From: a virus
Reading direction: 5' to 3' (one strand)
Length of the DNA: 64,000 nucleotides
Virus record (IMG/VR): IMGVR_UViG_3300023202_000135
Coordinates: 26,693-90,692 of that record
The notes beneath the pieces are model-generated. The model saw only the letters and a program-made list of their open reading frames with translations. It made no database searches and was not told where the DNA came from. The translations under genes and the position numbers were made by a program. Of this stretch, positions 27,760 through 33,422 are shown piece by piece; the stretch's first letter is position 1, and every line of letters starts with the position of its first letter.

Positions 27760-28794
27760 TCAAACCTCCACGAACAGGCGCGGGTGAAACTCCCACAGAC
27801 GGTGGTCCCGGTCGAGGGCGTTGATGACCGCGATCTCCCAAGCGCCCGGAAGCGCCTCCGGCCCTTGGTGCGCACCGAGGAGGCCGCCGACGATTGCGGC
27901 GTTGGTGTCCGAGTCCCCGCCGCGATTCGTGATGTCGATGATCGCGTCGCGGTAGGGGGTGCCGTGGTACAGATGCCAGAAGGCGAGGCGGAAGGCCACG
28001 CGGACGAAGCCTTGCGCGCCGTACATGTCGAGCGCGATGCCGTGATCCTCGCCCATCACGAGGGCATCATCCTGCTCCGCCATGAGGAGGTCCTCGCTCA
28101 GCGCGCCGGCCGCCTCGTTGACTTCATCATCCGAGTACCGACCGGTGACGCGCAGCCGGGTCGCGGCCATCGTGATCGCGGCCTCGGCCGCCGCGGTGAC
28201 CTTGGTGACGGGCTCCTCGCGCAGCGCGTGGGCGATGGCGGTGGCGTAGGCCGCGCAAGCGCTCACGCACTTGGGGTCCGCGTGCGTGAGCGCTGCATCG
28301 GTGATGGCAAGCTGGATCCGCTCGTGATCGCGCTCCTCGTCCTGCCATCGCCATGCGCCGATGGGGGCGCACCTCATGAGCGAGCCATTGCCCGCCGCGC
28401 GCCGGCCACCCTGATCCCAGGAGATGTACCCTTGGTCGACGTTGGCGCTCGCCAGGGCGGCACTGGTCTGCCCGCCGATGTCGAAGGTGACATTGCACCA
28501 AGCGCGGTACAGCTCGTGGAGGACCTCGGGGTCGATGCCGTCTTCCAGGCACAGGTGGACGTGCAGGACGGTCGCCATCATGGTGTCGTCCGTGACCTGC
28601 CCCTTGGCCACGTTGAACGGGCCGCCGCCGACCAGCTCGGTCTGCGGGCCGTCCAAGAGCGTGTCCTTGGTCAGTGGGGGGAGGTCGCGGGGTCGGGCGA
28701 ACTCGTTGGTGGTTCCGAAGGCGTCGCCGCAGGCGAGGCCCAAGAGGGCGCCGTTACGGCGCTTTTTGATGGGGATAGCAGGGGTCTGCGTCAT
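27760..28794 (-). CDS. ADP-ribosylglycohydrolase (ARH/DraG family)
   Basis: GALLGLACGDAFG, GQVTDDT, AGNGSLMRCAP, LTH, GGDSDTNAAIVGGLLGA family motifs. Confidence 0.95.
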   Translation of the reverse strand: MTQTPAIPIKKRRNGALLGLACGDAFGTTNEFARPRDLPPLTKDTLLDGPQTELVGGGPFNVAKGQVTDDTMMATVLHVHLCLEDGIDPEVLHELYRAWCNVTFDIGGQTSAALASANVDQGYISWDQGGRRAAGNGSLMRCAPIGAWRWQDEERDHERIQLAITDAALTHADPKCVSACAAYATAIAHALREEPVTKVTAAAEAAITMAATRLRVTGRYSDDEVNEAAGALSEDLLMAEQDDALVMGEDHGIALDMYGAQGFVRVAFRLAFWHLYHGTPYRDAIIDITNRGGDSDTNAAIVGGLLGAHQGPEALPGAWEIAVINALDRDHRLWEFHPRLFVEV

Positions 28795-28841
28795 GTTGGT
28801 CTCCGTGTCTTGAGCCGGCGGCTCTCCGTTTCTGACACTTT

Positions 28842-28898
28842 CAATATGCCGCGTGACGCGGGGGTGTCAACTTGATTTCCCGGTGGCGGGGCATATTG
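28842..28898. promoter_or_regulatory. Back-to-back divergent sigma70-like promoters
   Basis: Minus strand TTGACA...GGCATATTG toward ARH; plus strand TTGATT...GGCATATTG toward the ORF at 28954. Confidence 0.6.
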
Positions 28899-28953
28899 CG
28901 GGCATCACCTCCAGCAACAGAGGCGCCACGCGCCGAGACCCAAGGAGCCAGAC

Positions 28954-29583
28954 ATGGCCAAGTTCCTCACCCGAGAAGAGGCGATCGAGCGGGCACAGCG
29001 CGCCGTTGCCGAGATCAAAGCCGCGCTCAAGAAGCGCGACGACGCGGCCCGGCCGCGCGTGACCTGGGCCCCGGAGAAGCGCGCCGCGAGTGAAAGCGTC
29101 GGAGGGGCTTGGTTCCGCTGGACGACTGCAAGGGGCGAGCGCGCCGAATGGGTCCTGGTGTTCAAGGGGCGCGAGACGCCGGTCTCCTGCGACCGCGATG
29201 CGTGGTACTGCACCAACGTGCAGGCGAGCCTGCACTCGTCCCTGCCGTTCCTGCGCGCGACCGCGAACGTAACGTGGACCGTAACGCGAAAGAACTTCGC
29301 CACCGACTTCGCGGCCAAGATGGTCGAGGCCTGGGACGCGGAGCTGGAGCAGGCGCGCGAGCAGGAAGACCGATCCGAGAAGGCGCTCGATCGCTGGCGT
29401 GAGAAGGTGCTGGGCCTCAAAGGTGACGACGTCTACGGCTGCGACCCGCAAGGTATCGACCTTGAGCGCGACAGCACCTTCGGTTCCATCACGCTGACCG
29501 TCCGATACCATTCCCGTCCCGTTCTGGAAAAGGCCATCGCTGCATTGCGCAGCGTACTCCCTCCCAAGCACGAAGATGATTAA
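28954..29583 (+). CDS. Hypothetical protein
   Basis: 209 aa, AAGGAG RBS, GC3 bias; one of only two plausible plus-strand genes. Confidence 0.75.
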   Translation: MAKFLTREEAIERAQRAVAEIKAALKKRDDAARPRVTWAPEKRAASESVGGAWFRWTTARGERAEWVLVFKGRETPVSCDRDAWYCTNVQASLHSSLPFLRATANVTWTVTRKNFATDFAAKMVEAWDAELEQAREQEDRSEKALDRWREKVLGLKGDDVYGCDPQGIDLERDSTFGSITLTVRYHSRPVLEKAIAALRSVLPPKHEDD

Positions 29584-29599
29584 CAAGGAGATACTCACC

Positions 29600-30088
29600 A
29601 TGCACCCACTCCTACAGATGATCGGCGGTTCCCCGCCAAAGTCGCCACTCGACGTGCTGCCCGTCCCGACGAACCGCATCGAAGACCTGTACACCGACAT
29701 GCAGGCGATGGAAGAGGACGGCAGCCACCGGGCTCAGTGGGACTTCTGGCGAAGCGTCCACCGCCATTTCCCTGCCCTGCACGGCAAGGAGTTCCGCCTC
29801 AACGTCGACCACATCACGCGGCCTGTGTGGGAAGTCACAGGGGACAAGAAGCCTCCGGTCGTCGGCCGCAAGAACCGGCACGTGATCGAAGTCGAGGCCG
29901 AACACATCTACCCGATCCTGGAGATGCTCGACCGCGTCGACTCGGTGCTGGGGCGGTATCGTCTGTGGGCCTTCGTGGAGAAGGAATACCCGGCCACACG
30001 CGACCGTCTCCCCTGGCACATCCATCACGACATGGGTCGAGGCATGTGGCTCGTCGGCCGGCACGCGGACGAGGAAGAGGACGACTGA
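29600..30088 (+). CDS. Hypothetical protein with internal duplication
   Basis: AAGGAG RBS before MHPLL; halves resemble each other (QWDFWRSVHRHFPA vs RYRLWAFVEKEYPA). Confidence 0.75.
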   Translation: MHPLLQMIGGSPPKSPLDVLPVPTNRIEDLYTDMQAMEEDGSHRAQWDFWRSVHRHFPALHGKEFRLNVDHITRPVWEVTGDKKPPVVGRKNRHVIEVEAEHIYPILEMLDRVDSVLGRYRLWAFVEKEYPATRDRLPWHIHHDMGRGMWLVGRHADEEEDD

Positions 30089-30115
30089 TTCCGTAGGTCG
30101 GATTCAACGGAGCGC

Positions 30116-30154
30116 CAAAAGACAGAGCCCCGGGGAACGCCCCCGGGGCTCTTT
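30116..30154. terminator. Bidirectional intrinsic terminator
   Basis: AGAGCCCCGGGG-AACGC-CCCCGGGGCTCT hairpin with T-tracts on both strands between convergent units. Confidence 0.8.
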
Positions 30155-30222
30155 GCGCATGAATCGGCTGAAAGGTGCGCGGTCGCTGAACGGCACAACC
30201 GTAGTGGCCCTGTGACGAAGTG

Positions 30223-30396
30223 TCAACGACGAATATGGCTGACCACTTTCGCCAGCGCCTCGGACGTCGCGAGCACAGCTTCGGCCCAGGAGCGGTAGGT
30301 GCCGCTCCAGATATACAGGCTGCCGTCTCCTAGACGCTCTGCGATAATTGCCACCCAACAGAGCGTGTCGACCATGTATATGCGGACCTCGTACAC
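30223..30396 (-). CDS. Possible small hypothetical protein
   Basis: GTG-started YEVRIYMVDTLCWVAII...HIRR*; lower GC; start uncertain. Confidence 0.4.
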   Translation of the reverse strand: MYEVRIYMVDTLCWVAIIAERLGDGSLYIWSGTYRSWAEAVLATSEALAKVVSHIRR

Positions 30397-30455
30397 GAGC
30401 CGATTCTGGCACCACGGCAAATGCTGCAACCGCGTCAATATGGCGTAGTGCCGAG

Positions 30456-30526
30456 TTGCCTCCCCTGGACTCGAACCAGAACTAGCAGAGCCAAAATCTG
30501 CTGTGCTACCATTACACCAGGAGGCA
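30456..30526 (-). tRNA. tRNA-Gln(TTG)
   Basis: Acceptor TGCCTCC/GGAGGCA, anticodon arm GCAGA-TTTTGGC-TCTGC, T-loop GGTTCGAGTCC. Confidence 0.9.
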
Positions 30527-30645
30527 TTGCGTCCGCGCCCCCTTATCCCTGTACTTCGGGGCTTGCGATTGGAGGGCCGGCGTTCCAACCCTCGCGCGCG
30601 CGTAGGGGCGCCCGGGCGCGCGAGAGGAGCAGGGACCGGCCAAAG

Positions 30646-30687
30646 CTGCCAAGGGAGGGGTCGAACCTCCGACCAGCGGATTAACAG
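30646..30687 (-). pseudogene. 3' half of an interrupted tRNA-Asn(GTT)
   Basis: CTGTTAA-TCCGC-TGGTC-GGAGG-TTCGACC-CCTCC-CTTGGCA; its acceptor strand pairs with TGCCAAG at 31181-31187. Confidence 0.8.
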
Positions 30688-30690
30688 AAG

Positions 30691-30763
30691 CAGCCGGTGT
30701 GGGACTCGAACCCACTTCTCGCGGTTAACAGCCGCGCGTAAAGACCTGCTATACTATCCGGCT
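30691..30763 (-). tRNA. tRNA-Asn(GTT), nested in the interrupted tRNA-Asn
   Basis: AGCCGGA/ACCGGCT acceptor (one mismatch), CGCGG-CTGTTAA-CCGCG, GTGGG-TTCGAGT-CCCAC. Confidence 0.85.
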
Positions 30764-31125
30764 TGACGTGCGTTGTACCTGCCTGCGCATTTGCGTCCGC
30801 AGAACAGCAAGCCTGACCGACGCTGCGCCGCGAATCGAACCCTTGCGCGTGTCCGTTGGAATGCCTTACCGCATTCCGGGCATTCGAGATCAACCGCAGG
30901 ATGCGCATGGCGCGAACCATGATCCGCTCGCTTCACGAGTTCCAAGTTACCCGGTCGATTGTCCCGCTTCTTCCCGTTCATGTGATGGATCAGCTCGCCG
31001 GGCCCGGGGACCACTCCGTGCGTCTCCCAGTAGACGAGGTGATGCTCATAGCAGTACAGGCCTCGGTACCGCTTTCCGGGGTACCCTTCCGGGGCTTTCA
31101 CCAGCTCGTACGGCCCGTTCCTCAT
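30754..31125 (-). CDS. HNH homing endonuclease with C-terminal Zn ribbon
   Basis: YEHHLV...IHHMNGKKRDNRPGNLELV...H; CPECGK...FCGRKC. Confidence 0.9.
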   Translation of the reverse strand: MRNGPYELVKAPEGYPGKRYRGLYCYEHHLVYWETHGVVPGPGELIHHMNGKKRDNRPGNLELVKRADHGSRHAHPAVDLECPECGKAFQRTRARVRFAAQRRSGLLFCGRKCAGRYNARQAG

Positions 31126-31131
31126 TCGGGT

Positions 31132-31159
31132 AGTGTAGAACCGGAGTTAACACCGGCAA
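31132..31159 (-). promoter_or_regulatory. Promoter for leaderless HNH transcript
   Basis: TTGCCG-16 nt-TACACT, 6 nt upstream of the ATG; the spacer holds an imperfect palindrome CCGGtGTTAACtCCGG. Confidence 0.55.
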
Positions 31160-31161
31160 GC

Positions 31162-31187
31162 CCGCTCTACCGCTGAGCTACTTGGCA
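31162..31187 (-). pseudogene. 5' half of the interrupted tRNA-Asn
   Basis: TGCCAAG-TA-GCTC-AGCGGTA-GAGC: acceptor strand plus a complete D-arm, after which the tRNA pattern breaks. Confidence 0.8.
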
Positions 31188-31190
31188 ATA

Positions 31191-31276
31191 TGGCGGAAGG
31201 TCAAGGAATCGAACCCTCATGCTTTCACATGGCCCGGTTTTCGAGACCGGTTGGACGCCGTTGTCCGCGACCCTCC
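31191..31276 (-). tRNA. tRNA-Ser(CGA)
   Basis: CCGGT-CTCGAAA-ACCGG, long variable arm CATG-TGAAAG-CATG, T-loop TTCGATT, encoded CCA. Confidence 0.9.
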
Positions 31277-31283
31277 GTAGTAT

Positions 31284-31356
31284 TGCTGCGAGGAGGAATC
31301 GAACCCCCGACCCGTCGATTACGAAACGACCGCTCTGCCGGCTGAGCTACCGCAGC
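31284..31356 (-). tRNA. tRNA-Thr(CGT)
   Basis: GCTGCGG/TCGCAGC acceptor, GTCGT-TTCGTAA-TCGAC, GGTTCGATTCC. Confidence 0.9.
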
Positions 31357-31362
31357 ATGAAA

Positions 31363-31490
31363 TGATCGTCCCTGCCCGTCAGGGTAAAGCTCCGTCGCGG
31401 CCTCGAACCGCGTCCTTCCGTTCCGGGTGGGGATCGAACCCATGGGGGAGGTCGACGCCTCCCGAAGCCCATCGAACGAAGCAACGATCG
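31363..31490 (-). ncRNA. Putative tRNA-like structured RNA with two T-arms
   Basis: TGGG-TTCGATC-CCCA and CGCGG-TTCGAGG-CCGCG; GCTTCGT/ACGGAGC 7-bp stem; ends GATCGT/ACGATC pair. Confidence 0.5.
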
Positions 31491-31493
31491 TAG

Positions 31494-31570
31494 TGGAGCG
31501 CGCAGTCGGATTTGAACCGACGTCTCCTGCTTGGAAGGCAGGGGCCCTAGGCCAACTGGACGATGCGCGC
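31494..31570 (-). tRNA. tRNA-Gly(TCC)
   Basis: GCGCGCA/TGCGCGC acceptor, CCTGC-CTTCCAA-GCAGG, GTTCAAATC, CCA end. Confidence 0.92.
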
Positions 31571-31573
31571 GCG

Positions 31574-31649
31574 TGGTACTCGTGGGCGGACTCGAACCAC
31601 CAACCTTCCGCGTATCAGACGGACGCTCTGACCATTGAGCTACACGAGA
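31574..31649 (-). tRNA. tRNA-Ile(GAT)
   Basis: TCCGT-CTGATAC-GCGGA, GGTTCGAGTCC, CCA end; U1-U72 mismatch. Confidence 0.88.
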
Positions 31650-31677
31650 TCGTGACTTGCCACTGTGATAGGTTGTC

Positions 31678-31713
31678 AAAGAAAAAGCCCCGAGCTTTGT
31701 AGGCCCGGGGCTT
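31678..31713 (-). terminator. Intrinsic terminator (attenuator) upstream of the tRNA operon
   Basis: AAGCCCCGGGC-CTACAAA-GCTCGGGGCTT followed by TTTCTTT. Confidence 0.85.
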
Positions 31714-31738
31714 GGTTGGTCCTTGAAGCGAATGCGCG

Positions 31739-31816
31739 TTAGACCATGCAGCCCCGGTCGGTCCATCCCTGGATCGAATTACCGCCGGTGATCTGCGTGG
31801 GTTGCGTGAAGCGCAT
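31739..31816 (-). CDS. Putative attenuator leader peptide MRFTQPTQITGGNSIQGWTDRGCMV
   Basis: 25 codons plus TAA, leaderless start behind a promoter; 3' codons are complementary to the terminator 5' arm. Confidence 0.7.
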   Translation of the reverse strand: MRFTQPTQITGGNSIQGWTDRGCMV

Positions 31817-31822
31817 GGTCGA

Positions 31823-31850
31823 ATCGTAGTGGTGCGGGGGGCGCAGTCAA
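31823..31850 (-). promoter_or_regulatory. Sigma70-like promoter of the leader/tRNA operon
   Basis: TTGACT-16 nt-TACGAT, 6 nt before the leader ATG. Confidence 0.7.
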
Positions 31851-31875
31851 CGAAACTGTCTCGCGGGCTGAGGTG

Positions 31876-32466
31876 TCAGTCGCCCGGGAGGGCGTCGTAC
31901 AGCGCAGAGATTTGCGCCGGGGTGAGGGTCAGGTAATCCGTGCCCTCCGGCAACAGGCCGCATTCGATTGCGGCTTCGCACACGCGCTGATCGTGAGCCA
32001 GGAATAGCGGCATTGGATCCGGCATGCCCCGACGCTCCCACTCCTGGCGTATCTTTCTTCGGTACTCCGCGTCGTCCTGTTCCTCGGCCGCGTGCGCATC
32101 GGCGGCCGTGTTGAAGGCCTGCACCACTTTGACCTCGGTGGCCTCGAAAACCGGAATGGTCAGGTCCTTGGCCAGCTCATCGTCGTACTCGTGTACCTCT
32201 GTCATCACGTACGTGGCCTGAACCATGAGGTAATCAGCGAACTCATCGGCATCCTCTCGAAGTTCGATGTCATCGGCGTCGTACACGTCCATCGCGTAGT
32301 CCCACCACAGGTCCAGCAAGTCGTGCAGGTCGTCCCACGCCACTGACCCCGGGTCGGGCGGCCATGCAGTTCCAGCAATCGGGTCGAGGGTATCCAATCC
32401 CCCTGAGAAAATAATCCTTCCGACGAGGGTAATCGGTGCCTTGGTGGGTCGGTTGTGCGCGATCAT
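31876..32466 (-). CDS. Hypothetical acidic protein
   Basis: 196 aa, AAGGAG RBS, upstream TTGCAC...AATACT promoter-like site. Confidence 0.75.
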   Translation of the reverse strand: MIAHNRPTKAPITLVGRIIFSGGLDTLDPIAGTAWPPDPGSVAWDDLHDLLDLWWDYAMDVYDADDIELREDADEFADYLMVQATYVMTEVHEYDDELAKDLTIPVFEATEVKVVQAFNTAADAHAAEEQDDAEYRRKIRQEWERRGMPDPMPLFLAHDQRVCEAAIECGLLPEGTDYLTLTPAQISALYDALPGD

Positions 32467-32651
32467 GGCGACTCCTTTCAGCCGGTGTGAGTATTCGAGC
32501 GTGACGCGCGCGGTGCAAGTCTTTTCTCGCGTTACTCGGTATTATCGAGTATTCGCTTGAACGGGCCGTGTTCGTCGTCGGGGCGAACACCTGTGCGTAG
32601 TCGCTGTGTCATTGCGTCACCTCATGAAGAAGGGGGCGAGCCAAAGCCCGG

Positions 32652-33323
32652 TCACTTCACCGCGCGGTACGCGATGCGCTTGCCGATCCGGTTGATGGAT
32701 GCCCCGCTGAGTCCGTACTCCTCGCCCAGTTCCCGCTGGTTCTCGCCGGCATCGTACCGAGCGCGGATATCGCGGACCTGCGCGTCGGTCAAGGCTCCGC
32801 GACGCGATCCGCGACCTACCTTGGTAATCGGCCCCCCAACCGCAGGCCACGTGACTCCCGTGACAAGCTGCCCGATGGTGGGCTGGCTTACCCCGAACTC
32901 GACGGCAAGGTCGGACTGCTTGGATCCGGCCGCGTACCTCTTTCTAATGTCGACGATATTCTCGTCGGACAGCTTTCGCCCGTTGCCGAGCACAGCACGC
33001 GAGTGGAGATTGTTCGTCGTTGGCGTAGTCCACTCCAAGTTTGCCGGTCGGTTGTTCTGTCGGTCACCGTCGATGTGGTTGACCGGGGAGTCGGCGTGAG
33101 ATGGTGGGCCGTTGAATGCGCGGCAGACGAGGCGGTGAACCAGCACCTGCTTCTGCTCGTTGCGGTGGCTCAACGTCACCCGCAGATAACCCATCGTGTG
33201 GTTCTTGAGGGCGAGCACACCGCCGCCGGATCCCCGGCTTTTCGACACGCGCCGCACGTTGCCGTGGTCGCTGACCTCGTAGACGCCTTCATAGCCGTCG
33301 ACGGGCTTCCAGGATTCGGACAT
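32652..33323 (-). CDS. NUMOD4-HNH homing endonuclease with C-terminal HTH repeats
   Basis: ESWKPVDGYEGVYEVSDHGNVR, VHRLV..AF, VNHIDGDRQNNRPANLEW.T...N; two LT...V.DIR.RY.AG HTH repeats. Confidence 0.92.
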   Translation of the reverse strand: MSESWKPVDGYEGVYEVSDHGNVRRVSKSRGSGGGVLALKNHTMGYLRVTLSHRNEQKQVLVHRLVCRAFNGPPSHADSPVNHIDGDRQNNRPANLEWTTPTTNNLHSRAVLGNGRKLSDENIVDIRKRYAAGSKQSDLAVEFGVSQPTIGQLVTGVTWPAVGGPITKVGRGSRRGALTDAQVRDIRARYDAGENQRELGEEYGLSGASINRIGKRIAYRAVK

Positions 33324-33327
33324 GAAA

Positions 33328-33357
33328 TGACCCCCGCAGGTTGAGTGCGGGGGTCAT
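33328..33357 (-). terminator. Hairpin after the capsid gene (terminator, abutting the HNH start)
   Basis: ATGACCCCCGCA-loop-TGCGGGGGTCAT followed by TTC then ATG. Confidence 0.65.
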
Positions 33358-33422
33358 CGTGAAGCACGAACGTAAATGGTCAATGCCCAATTACGTAAGA
33401 ACTATCTCTTCCTTGAACTTGG

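Noticed and set aside
30688-31161. Group I intron in tRNA-Asn
   Set aside because: The insert is almost fully occupied by promoter, HNH and a tRNA, leaving no room for a ribozyme core, and the exons would not rebuild a complete anticodon stem.
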